Sequence record: OK040170.1
DNA length: 64,000 nt
Strand: one strand, 5' to 3'
Positions 53,550-61,935 of this stretch are shown piece after piece. Positions within the stretch are counted from its first letter, which is position 1, and each line of letters starts with the position of its first letter. The position numbers and the translations under genes are program-made. The notes beneath the pieces are model-generated. The model was not told the origin of the DNA. It did no database searches and was given only the letters and a program-made list of their open reading frames with translations.

Positions 53550-55727
53550 TTAAATTTGCCTCATATAGATACTGTTGATCCGATGAGCCATGTTCATTGG
53601 TGCCCGAGTAACGTCAATCATGAACGCTGCATGGGTCGCCCAGTCAGGAATCGTGGTAAAGGAAAGTGGCTGTCCGTCGTAACCTTGGATGTTAAGCGGA
53701 GTCTCGTAAGTCTTGATCGAGGACCCTGGTCCGTTCAACTGAAGGTCGTAACCGCCACCAAATACCGACTTGTAAACGATAGGTGAACGCTCATCGTCTG
53801 GACCGAAGAACTCAGCTGCCATGTAGACTACGCGAATACTAATCGTACCCGAAGATGCCCAACTACTTAAGTTGACTCGAGCGATTACCGGACCGTTACC
53901 TTTGAGAGGCATAGAACCGATATACAGTTGATACTTACCATCTTTAGGTACGGTGTTAGTACCGACTTGCATGTAACCGTTAAGGCGCTGGATGGAGAAG
54001 TTAGTAGACGAGGCAGTACCCCAGCCCACTCGGTTCTTACGAATCTCACAACCCGTACCGCCAGGAGATGGGATCCAAACTTCGTGTGCGTAGTGAGATA
54101 CATCGCTAAAGATCTCTGAACGAATGTAGTTCTCTTCAGGGACTTCAGGTTGAATCGAAGTCAATGCCAACGGCGGGCCGTTCTGCGGCAACTTACTATC
54201 ACGGAAGGTAACTGTACCTTTACCCGATACCCAACCAGTAATTGCAGGGTCGTCGTTGCTGATACCCAAATTACTGAAGTAACATTTATCGAACGACATC
54301 GCACAGCGATCACCCGCAAAGAAGACGTTACTCTTAGCCTTCGTATTGGATGCACGGAAAATGAAGTTAACGCCGTTGAACGCGATATTGGCATTGAGTC
54401 CGTCTTTCACTTCGAAAGCATACTCGTAAGGACCTTCGCCTTCGAACCAGCCATCATTAAAGATCAAACGAGCCGAACCACTGTCTACTAAGACGTAACG
54501 CTTGTACGCATAGTCGAAGGAACAGTTGTCAAAGATCGTGTGTGCTTTGTTAACGTTGATGAAGTAATTCGACTGGGAGAAGATACAGGAGATGAAGTGG
54601 ATCTGTTCCCCGGAGTTAGTCATTGCAGCATTGTTGGTGTAGCAGATGTTACAATGGTTAAACTGGTAGTTGAAGAACTTGACGTAGTACGTATTGGAGT
54701 TATAGGTAAACCCAGTGGAGAAAAGATCACAACCGCCACCCATAAAGCACATGGAGTTCTGTGCCCAGAAATAAGCGAAGGTGTCGTTCATCCCCATGAA
54801 GTGCACGTACTTATCCATCCCAGGTCCGACCGCACGGAGATTACGACACTCCATGGTACCTTGGGTATAACCACGCAAGTTAACCCAGCTAATGCCGTAT
54901 ACAGGTGCCGCTGCAGTACCTGGGGTCATCATGGTAAAGTCGAGGATGGCTCCAGAGAAATCGTAATCGATTGTCTTAGTCTGAAGCGTAATCGTAGTCT
55001 TGATAAAGTACCGACCAGGATTACATTCCATCTTAATGTTACCGTTAATCGAACGAGTCGTATCGTTAGTAAACGGAACAGTCTCAGACCACTTGGACAT
55101 CCGGGTAAATGCAGGGCCAGAGTCGATGCTGTTGTCGTTAGGCGTCGCGCCCCAGAACGTAGGGTTGATTACACCGGCGTTGTCGAATACACGTTTCCAC
55201 CGACTACCATCTGTGGCAACAATAGTTGCACCACCGTCATCGGTAGAAGTTTTGTCCGCCTTAATAAAGGCAAACTTACCGCCACCGATACCTGAACCTG
55301 CACGATAACTTTTAACTTCAATAACTTCGTTATCGAAAATAGGTTTAGTAGTACGAAGATCAGAGACGCTCTCAACCGTACGTAATACTTTAGCGTACTG
55401 GAGTGCTTCGTTGGTGATGAGACGTTTAATCTTACCCTGTTCGTTCAGTGTAGCTACTGCACCGGCATCGTTACGAGTATATTCGTTAACGTAGAAGTGG
55501 CGACTGTCTTCGTAAGTAAAGAAAATATCGCCGACTTTAGTTGCTGCGATCCCTTTCTCAAGAGAATCAAACGCAGAATGATAATCAAGTTGTTTACGCA
55601 GATCGTTCAAGTCCAATACTGCGGTTTCCAATACACCTTGTTCATTCACCGTGTTGAATGGGAAATAGTCGTTTTCTTTTGGCGTAGACGACGAAGGTAA
55701 TTGAGATATCTTTTGGCCATTAATCAT
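53550..55727 (-). CDS. Tail fibre/tailspike with a pectate-lyase-like depolymerase domain
   Basis: N-terminal anchor shared with 57361-58959. 'VESVSDLRT...GGGKF...DDGG...RWKR', 'FGATPND'. Core is like 1698-3515. Confidence 0.75.
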   Translation of the reverse strand: MINGQKISQLPSSSTPKENDYFPFNTVNEQGVLETAVLDLNDLRKQLDYHSAFDSLEKGIAATKVGDIFFTYEDSRHFYVNEYTRNDAGAVATLNEQGKIKRLITNEALQYAKVLRTVESVSDLRTTKPIFDNEVIEVKSYRAGSGIGGGKFAFIKADKTSTDDGGATIVATDGSRWKRVFDNAGVINPTFWGATPNDNSIDSGPAFTRMSKWSETVPFTNDTTRSINGNIKMECNPGRYFIKTTITLQTKTIDYDFSGAILDFTMMTPGTAAAPVYGISWVNLRGYTQGTMECRNLRAVGPGMDKYVHFMGMNDTFAYFWAQNSMCFMGGGCDLFSTGFTYNSNTYYVKFFNYQFNHCNICYTNNAAMTNSGEQIHFISCIFSQSNYFINVNKAHTIFDNCSFDYAYKRYVLVDSGSARLIFNDGWFEGEGPYEYAFEVKDGLNANIAFNGVNFIFRASNTKAKSNVFFAGDRCAMSFDKCYFSNLGISNDDPAITGWVSGKGTVTFRDSKLPQNGPPLALTSIQPEVPEENYIRSEIFSDVSHYAHEVWIPSPGGTGCEIRKNRVGWGTASSTNFSIQRLNGYMQVGTNTVPKDGKYQLYIGSMPLKGNGPVIARVNLSSWASSGTISIRVVYMAAEFFGPDDERSPIVYKSVFGGGYDLQLNGPGSSIKTYETPLNIQGYDGQPLSFTTIPDWATHAAFMIDVTRAPMNMAHRINSIYMRQI

Positions 55728-55756
55728 GAGATAACCTTATCTGTATTTGGTCAATT

Positions 55757-55760
55757 CATA
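55757..55760 (-). promoter_or_regulatory. Candidate late promoter core (TATG)
   Basis: CTTCCTATGAA on the - strand about 30 nt before ATG 55727. Confidence 0.45.
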
Positions 55761-55775
55761 GGAAGTTGCATAATA

Positions 55776-55802
55776 GAGTAGAGCGGTCACCCGCTCTACT
55801 CG
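55776..55802 (-). terminator. Hairpin between tail genes
   Basis: GAGTAGAGCGG-GTGA-CCGCTCTACTC on the - strand. Confidence 0.7.
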
Positions 55803-55811
55803 TATGTTTAT

Positions 55812-57368
55812 TTACTGCATCCAGCCGATGTTGTTTCCATTGTTACCAATTACGTCGGGTAACGCGTTAACGGTACCAGAGTTAAAGGCAGAAGATCCAG
55901 CCATCAATCGGATTAACTTCGCTGCCTCTAGACCAGACGGCGGTACGTCGCTGAGATTAGAGAACTTAGGGTCCTCAAAAATAGAATTCGTTACCGTACC
56001 CGACCGAGGGTTCCAGTCGCGCGGATCCCCAGACTCTGTCCAGAAAATGTTATTCTTCCAGATGATGTTATTGAAGTTACCGTATCCGATCTCGCCCGGT
56101 GCGCCAGTACCAGACCTGTACCGCGGGTATTTGAAGTAGAAGATGTTATTCTCCATAACCATCGGATACTTTTTCCAGATAGGCTCGTAGTAATACTCCA
56201 GCAGTTCCACTAAGTGGAGATCGGTTCTACTGATCGTATCTATAATTGTACAGTTACGCACTGCACAGTTTACAGGATTACTCACGAACGTTATCTTAGG
56301 GTACCAGCCACCGTAAATCCCTCTGGCAACTGCATCGTTGTAAGAAAGACAATATTCGAAAACGCAGTTCTGGATACCGTGCTCTTCGGTGATCAAGAAT
56401 TTTTCAGCTTCCTCAAGAGATGCAAAGTTTTTACCTTTACTCTCCGCATCAGCAAACATGATAAACCCGCCTGCGTTATTGTGGCTATAGCAGTAACGTA
56501 CCCAAACGTTCTTACAGTTACCGTCGATATCAAACCCCATCTTATCGTAACGGTTAGGGAGTGTACCTGCCGCTTCGCAGTACTCGATACCGGTATTAGC
56601 ACAACCATACATCCACATAGCTGCTGTGTAGATAGTCGTGTCATCGCGGTAAGCAGACGAACGAGAGTAGCAGTTAGTCATGCACGCTTTCCCTTCTCCA
56701 TCAGCACGCATGACCATCCACGAGTCACCTACTCCGTCCAAATGGGAGCAGTTGTCTATCAGCACTTTCTTAGCTCGGTAAGGATCACCGCCATCAATGC
56801 GATAATAAGCGCCACCACCATTTATCTGAGCAGCCCAGTGACCGCCGTAGACATTACAGTTCTTGATGTACAGAACATCATTGCTGTATTTCAGATTGGC
56901 GCCGCCGATAGCGTCGATGTAAAAGGCTTTCGTCTTTGTAACTACAGTGGTCTGATAAACCACATCAACATTAGTGATGCCCACATTAGCGACGTTGTTG
57001 TTCAGACCCTCACTATCTGCCCTAAGAAAAATTGCATTCTCAGAGGTATAAGAGAAAAGATCTACAGTTACGTCAATGTCAGTTATCAATAAGTTCTTAA
57101 CTAAGGTAGACGTAATCACAGGGGTCGATGCGGACAACGGTAACAAGATGGGTTTATTACCCGTACCGTAAGAGCCGATCGTGGTCAGTTCCGTCTGACC
57201 TGTCATCGAAGGTAGCTGAATCGAAACCCTCTCCTGCGTACCGCGTTTAATCAGGGCGGTGTACGGGTAACTCAAGTTCAATATCTCGTTTAGAGTATTG
57301 AATGGTTTAGCCATTGTCCCGTCACCGTTGACCTTTGCCGATGGGTCTACGTAATAAGTATTAGACAT
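55812..57368 (-). CDS. Right-handed parallel beta-helix protein (putative lyase/depolymerase or receptor-binding protein)
   Basis: 'TYYVDPSA..NGDGT..KPFNTL' cap. Repeats such as 'NTGIEYCEA', 'GFDIDGNCKNVWVRYCYSHNNAGGFIM'. Confidence 0.75.
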   Translation of the reverse strand: MSNTYYVDPSAKVNGDGTMAKPFNTLNEILNLSYPYTALIKRGTQERVSIQLPSMTGQTELTTIGSYGTGNKPILLPLSASTPVITSTLVKNLLITDIDVTVDLFSYTSENAIFLRADSEGLNNNVANVGITNVDVVYQTTVVTKTKAFYIDAIGGANLKYSNDVLYIKNCNVYGGHWAAQINGGGAYYRIDGGDPYRAKKVLIDNCSHLDGVGDSWMVMRADGEGKACMTNCYSRSSAYRDDTTIYTAAMWMYGCANTGIEYCEAAGTLPNRYDKMGFDIDGNCKNVWVRYCYSHNNAGGFIMFADAESKGKNFASLEEAEKFLITEEHGIQNCVFEYCLSYNDAVARGIYGGWYPKITFVSNPVNCAVRNCTIIDTISRTDLHLVELLEYYYEPIWKKYPMVMENNIFYFKYPRYRSGTGAPGEIGYGNFNNIIWKNNIFWTESGDPRDWNPRSGTVTNSIFEDPKFSNLSDVPPSGLEAAKLIRLMAGSSAFNSGTVNALPDVIGNNGNNIGWMQ

Positions 57369-58959
57369 CTTTACTGTACCCCATTGATTCCGGGTTAATG
57401 AAGTTTAGGTGGACTATGTCCCAAGTTTCAAAAGGAACAATAGCCGACATTATTGTAGAGTTCGTTGCTGCAGCGGTAGTATAACGGAAGTTACGGTTAT
57501 ACGTGAAGTCGAACACATAACCCGGATTGGCCACCTTCACCGTTTCGGTGGTAGTTGTTTTGGCGTCGAAGTTAACCCCAGTAACCACCGTTTTGTCAAT
57601 GTACTGATTAGGAGCCTTTATCGAGTCCTTGATAGCTTTCGTTAAAGTGAAGGCTTCTGTCAGGTTTAAGGTGAAGTTATTGAACGGGTCGGTAAGTTGT
57701 GTTCCAGGTTGCATTGTAACAGTTTTAGGCAAACCGATTAACACGAACGTATCAAACCCACAGGCCGGATCCGTGGAAGCGGTCCCAGGAGTCCTGGTTA
57801 TATCTGCAGCTTTCCCGTCGGGGTCAGTAAGGTAATTCTCGATCATGAGGTGGGTCATGTTAGCGCCATCGCCGTTCAGGTAATACTCGGCCTTATTCAC
57901 AATTTTATAAAGTCCGAAGTTACTATCCCCTTTGACCTTATAACTGATGTAGAAGTTCATGCCTGAGTTTATCATGGAGCAGATAAAGTTACCCTGTAGT
58001 GAACGGATATAAATGTGCAGGGTAGTCCCGGTAGGGCTTCGACCCATCTTAACTCTGTAGTCTGTACCCGGCACTATCGTACCCGATGTAGCTTCCGACT
58101 GTATCTTCTGATAATAGAGCGAACTTCCTTGTTTAAAGTTCTTCTCGTCAGGGACTATAATGGCGCGCGAATTCCAATCTGGGGCACTTGTGAAGAGGAG
58201 AGGGTGGCGAATAACCACAGTGGGTTTTAACCCAGTGTTGGTCGAGAATTCAATCTCGAATTCGTTGTTTATATCACTCTTCCCAGAACCAGGGATCTTC
58301 ATTATACGGGTCATCTTCCCGTCCGCCCCGGCCCTACCCGAGTCGGATACATAAGGGTGATGGGTAATAGGAGTTAATGGTACGCGACTATTACGTAGTT
58401 GAGTTACCAAACCACCTTGTCCGTTCACCATGATGAACGACCGATACTCATCGCCACCGAAGGAAATACCTGAGCCGGTTATTGGCTGAGTGCCGGTGGG
58501 CCATACGTCGAATTGGCCACGTTCACCCTTCCACTCGGTAATTGATTTACTTTTACCGAAGTCGCCCTGAGTTTCACCCTTAAGACCCTGGGATTTTAGG
58601 TCATCTACTTTACTGATAATCGACGCTAAGGTCTTATCGGTAATGTAGTGGAAGATCTCATTGCCAAGCTCATCTTTTATCTCTACCGCGCCAGCGCCTG
58701 CTCGAACGAAAGGACTAACTTTAAAAATCTCACCATTCTCTTCTGGCTTATATACGTAGAATATTTGACCAGATTTGGTCTTCGCTATTCCCTCAGATGC
58801 ACTGGAAAATGCACCTTTATAGTTGAGCAGGTCTCGCAGGGTCTGTACGCTGATTTTGTTAGTCAGTAAGTTGGATGTGTCAACAACACTCAAAAAGTCA
58901 GTGTCATTAAGATCCATCAGTTCAGGTAGTTTCGAAATAGAGATTCCATTGTTTGACAC
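57361..58959 (-). CDS. Tail fibre-like virion protein
   Basis: N-terminal 'ISKLPEL...EGIAKTKSGQIFYV' anchor shared with 53550-55727; located among tail genes. Confidence 0.65.
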   Translation of the reverse strand: MSNNGISISKLPELMDLNDTDFLSVVDTSNLLTNKISVQTLRDLLNYKGAFSSASEGIAKTKSGQIFYVYKPEENGEIFKVSPFVRAGAGAVEIKDELGNEIFHYITDKTLASIISKVDDLKSQGLKGETQGDFGKSKSITEWKGERGQFDVWPTGTQPITGSGISFGGDEYRSFIMVNGQGGLVTQLRNSRVPLTPITHHPYVSDSGRAGADGKMTRIMKIPGSGKSDINNEFEIEFSTNTGLKPTVVIRHPLLFTSAPDWNSRAIIVPDEKNFKQGSSLYYQKIQSEATSGTIVPGTDYRVKMGRSPTGTTLHIYIRSLQGNFICSMINSGMNFYISYKVKGDSNFGLYKIVNKAEYYLNGDGANMTHLMIENYLTDPDGKAADITRTPGTASTDPACGFDTFVLIGLPKTVTMQPGTQLTDPFNNFTLNLTEAFTLTKAIKDSIKAPNQYIDKTVVTGVNFDAKTTTTETVKVANPGYVFDFTYNRNFRYTTAAATNSTIMSAIVPFETWDIVHLNFINPESMGYSKDV

Positions 58960-58970
58960 GGGGTTCCGCC

Positions 58971-59516
58971 TTATCTATCTGTTTTGAATGGGTTGAATTG
59001 AACCGCTAACTGATACGTATCAAAGTTCTCGGTTTTCAACTTCCAACCCAAGTAGATTTTGATACGTTTACCTTTAATGAAGCTAGGACCCATGTAATAG
59101 ATCATCCAGTAGTGGTCTTTGTAGATCCCTGTCTGATTGTTCCAAGCTGGACCTTTTACCGTCGGTTTGACTGAAGACTTAGGTGCACCCAAGAACCGGA
59201 TACTGAAGTTATATAGCGGATTCCGATAAAGCCAAAGTACTCGACAAATGTACTGCGCTGTTTTTGGCGGTAGGTTCTTTCTCCAGACCGTATGCTCTGT
59301 CTTCCAGCCGTTATCCCCATCTAAATCGTTATCTGGCATCATGAACCAATCGAGCCATTTAGGAAGTCGTGCATCCTTAGTCGCAAAGATTGGAAGGAAT
59401 GGTGTCACTACTGCGGCAACTGCCAAAGCCAGTAGGTAAACAACCAACAATAAACACCAGTGAATAAATCCCTTCAAGGGAACGGGCGTGCTGAACACCG
59501 TAATAGTTTTCATCAT
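58971..59516 (-). CDS. Conserved tail-gene-associated membrane protein
   Basis: 'LPKWLDWFMMPDNDLDGD.GW..EH...WLYRNP' pattern typical of genes next to tail fibres; N-terminal TM. Confidence 0.6.
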   Translation of the reverse strand: MMKTITVFSTPVPLKGFIHWCLLLVVYLLALAVAAVVTPFLPIFATKDARLPKWLDWFMMPDNDLDGDNGWKTEHTVWRKNLPPKTAQYICRVLWLYRNPLYNFSIRFLGAPKSSVKPTVKGPAWNNQTGIYKDHYWMIYYMGPSFIKGKRIKIYLGWKLKTENFDTYQLAVQFNPFKTDR

Positions 59517-59558
59517 GAGTCACTCTAGGTTAAAGGTCATATCAAACTTAATTTACGC

Positions 59559-59576
59559 CTATATCACAATTATGAA
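59559..59576 (+). promoter_or_regulatory. Early-type phage promoter, divergent from a - strand TATG at 59538-59541
   Basis: CTATATCACAATTATGAA. Confidence 0.65.
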
Positions 59577-59605
59577 TAGGATAAATTAATCTGAGGGCTT
59601 TATGC

Positions 59606-60127
59606 ATGAACATTGAAAACTTCAAGAAAGACTTTGCTGAAATCGCTGACAAATTCAAAGTGATGTACGGTCACTTCAATCCAGAGAAGACTCGTCCAGA
59701 TCTGGATATCAACAACGGTGACTGTGGCGTATTCGCACTGGCTGTCGGTGCAGTACTCCAGAACAAAGGTTACAGTATCCAGTACGTAGATAACCTCAAC
59801 CACGGCTTCATTCGTCTTTACGACGTCGATGAAGACCTCTGCTTCGACAGCAACAACTACGAAGGTTGTTCCACTGCTGACATGAATGAGCGTTGGAGTT
59901 CGGATGAAATCAATCCGCTTGACTACAACGGCATGTGCGATGCATTTGTCCCTTACGACGTTAAGGGTGCGTACATGATCAAAACAATCCTGGATCATTA
60001 CTCGGTCCCATTGCCAGAGTATATCCAGAACGTACTCAAAGAAGAACTCGAATACGAGATCACCGAGTACGTTGAGAAATACCAAGTGTTCATGGCTCGG
60101 TCTATCGAAGAAATGAACGCAGCGTAA
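59606..60127 (+). CDS. Putative papain/transglutaminase-like Cys-His-Asp enzyme
   Basis: 'NNGDCGVFA...NHGFI...CFDS' order; first gene after an early promoter. Confidence 0.45.
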   Translation: MNIENFKKDFAEIADKFKVMYGHFNPEKTRPDLDINNGDCGVFALAVGAVLQNKGYSIQYVDNLNHGFIRLYDVDEDLCFDSNNYEGCSTADMNERWSSDEINPLDYNGMCDAFVPYDVKGAYMIKTILDHYSVPLPEYIQNVLKEELEYEITEYVEKYQVFMARSIEEMNAA

Positions 60128-60218
60128 CCCTGAGCAATTCCGCTCGACACCCCGGCCGTAGTTCTCACAGGTCAATAGCGACACTCGTAGAGGCTACGGT
60201 TTTTAGGAGAGTAGTACG

Positions 60219-61091
60219 ATGAAAACAACTGTAAAAGAGTTAACCAAAAATGTCTATCTGGTCACCTTCGATCTGTTCGAGGCCAGTAGAATGATGAACA
60301 TGTCCTACTCGGATATGCAATCGTTATTCTGCCAACTGCGTAACATGAACGTCGGTAAAGATGACATGTATGGTCGGGTTATTAACAACCACCAACGTGC
60401 TCAGTACAACGGTCATGACCACTACGACTTCACTTGCTCACCGGACTTCATAATCCGGACAAGTGGTATCCGCATGGATAGCGAAGAGGCTATTGTCTCT
60501 ATCAAGTTGGAAGTACTTAACGAACACGCGTTCCCTGCCTCTGCTGCTGAATTCGCTACCTACTTTAACGAGTACGGTTGGCGCTTCGTACCACGTTGCT
60601 TCTACGTGAACTACGAAGTCGAGGATGCTAAGTTTGAAAATCCAATTCGCTCTTACGTCGGTCAGCCGAAAGAACTGCCCAAAGGCTGGGTTAAGGACGA
60701 AAACGTCAACTATAGAACCATCGATATTTGGATCGATGACGAAACTGGTACTGAGCTTGGCGAGAATCCAGATGAAGATATCGGCGTGTCGGATTCCGAC
60801 GAGCGTAACCCGGTAATCATCGTCGATCAGACCCATTCTGAAATCATCAAAATGATGCTCTGCTCCGGTTATAATTTCTCTACTGTCATCGACGGTAAAG
60901 AAGTTCATTTCGAAATCACCGGGCCTAAGGACAATTCAAATAACCCTTACGCAGCAAAGTTGGATGAGCACTGTAAAGATCTGAAAGGTTCCTTCAAACA
61001 GAAGGAAGGTTATGTCGGGCCGACCTTTACGCCGGAACAACCAAAACACGTCCCCAATGATCCAACTAGAAGTATGTGGGGGCCAGAATAA
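60219..61091 (+). CDS. Hypothetical protein
   Basis: RBS AGGAG; 290 aa; contains 'WRFVPR...TIDIW'. Confidence 0.7.
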   Translation: MKTTVKELTKNVYLVTFDLFEASRMMNMSYSDMQSLFCQLRNMNVGKDDMYGRVINNHQRAQYNGHDHYDFTCSPDFIIRTSGIRMDSEEAIVSIKLEVLNEHAFPASAAEFATYFNEYGWRFVPRCFYVNYEVEDAKFENPIRSYVGQPKELPKGWVKDENVNYRTIDIWIDDETGTELGENPDEDIGVSDSDERNPVIIVDQTHSEIIKMMLCSGYNFSTVIDGKEVHFEITGPKDNSNNPYAAKLDEHCKDLKGSFKQKEGYVGPTFTPEQPKHVPNDPTRSMWGPE

Positions 61092-61101
61092 AAGAGGGTG
61101 T

Positions 61102-61272
61102 ATGGAAAAAGAAACCAAGAAAGAGAAGCGCCCGGCAACGGTGCGGGAGGTTATTGAGAATATCCTCGAACTCCAGCCTTCCATTGATCCGAAGTATCTG
61201 AAAGGGTTCCATACCTTATCGGAACCCACAGATGACAACGGGAGGGTTTGTCGTGAATTCCTTCGCTGGTAA
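61102..61272 (+). CDS. Small hypothetical protein
   Basis: ATG 61102 after RBS GAGGG. Confidence 0.55.
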   Translation: MEKETKKEKRPATVREVIENILELQPSIDPKYLKGFHTLSEPTDDNGRVCREFLRW

Positions 61273-61528
61273 ACTCGCAATTGAAGGATCTTTCTTAGCC
61301 GATGAATTAGAGTTATCGGTGAGGGAACAAGATCATCACTTCGAAGAATACCGTAGACATAATGCAGACGTTAACGTTCTGGCTAACCGCCAACGGGAAA
61401 TAATGCATTTACATGGTATCGCTGAATGTTTGGATCGTGGGGTATTGGCTGAGGAAATTGCCTACTACCTGGACGCTCCGGTATCAGAGATCGAAGAGAA
61501 GATTGAAAAGATCAAGTCGTTTAAGTAA
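61232..61528 (+). CDS. Putative HTH-containing protein
   Basis: 'LDRGVLAEEIAYYLDAPVSEIEE' is similar to 49351-49692. Confidence 0.55.
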   Translation: MTTGGFVVNSFAGKLAIEGSFLADELELSVREQDHHFEEYRRHNADVNVLANRQREIMHLHGIAECLDRGVLAEEIAYYLDAPVSEIEEKIEKIKSFK

Positions 61529-61535
61529 ATAAATG

Positions 61536-61557
61536 AGGTAGGGTTAATTCCCTACCT
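61536..61557 (+). terminator. Terminator hairpin
   Basis: AGGTAGGG-TTAATT-CCCTACCT. Confidence 0.7.
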
Positions 61558-61589
61558 TTATTCTGTCTTATCATAAAGGGTAATTGTAA

Positions 61590-61751
61590 ATGCATATTTT
61601 AATTCTGTTGGTTCTCTGGGTTATCGGCTCTTATGTTGTTGCTAATCGCGCGCAGTCTAAGGGCGGTAATTTCAAAACGTGGTTCTGGATCTCCATGATC
61701 TTCGATCCTCTCGGCGGCTACGTGATCTATAAGCTCCTGTTACGCAAATAA
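61590..61751 (+). CDS. 53-aa two-TM membrane peptide (not in the ORF track)
   Basis: RBS AAGGG. MHILILLVLWVIGSYVVANRAQSKGGNFKTWFWISMIFDPLGGYVIYKLLLRK. Flanked by two hairpins. Confidence 0.7.
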   Translation: MHILILLVLWVIGSYVVANRAQSKGGNFKTWFWISMIFDPLGGYVIYKLLLRK

Positions 61752-61761
61752 ACATAACACT

Positions 61762-61791
61762 CCCTCAGTAGACCTAATGGTCTACTGAGGG
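61762..61791 (+). terminator. Terminator hairpin
   Basis: CCCTCAGTAGACC-TAAT-GGTCTACTGAGGG. Confidence 0.7.
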
Positions 61792-61792
61792 G

Positions 61793-61831
61793 ATTATATC
61801 CATTTCCAATTTTTTTGGTGTCTATATAACC
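61793..61831 (+). repeat. 39-bp block identical to 38823-38861, containing an early-type promoter
   Basis: Exact match read from the sequence. Confidence 0.85.
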
Positions 61832-61935
61832 GTGGCGCAAGGGTAGAAGTAATACCTTTGTTAAAATCACAAACCTGCCTCTAAAGGGGAAATACTGTAA
61901 TCAGATAGAAACCATATACTCCTATTGAAGTACTT

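Noticed and set aside
52225-59516. Invertible tail-fibre cassette or DGR target
   Set aside because: I found no flanking inverted repeats, recombinase, reverse transcriptase or adenine-mismatched repeat pair. The strand switch is bounded by ordinary terminators and divergent promoters. A dot-plot would be needed to exclude short sites.
60128-60218. Possible structured RNA (CCGTAG...CTACGG) between 59606 and 60219
   Set aside because: Only a short outer stem is convincing and the interior pairing is weak.
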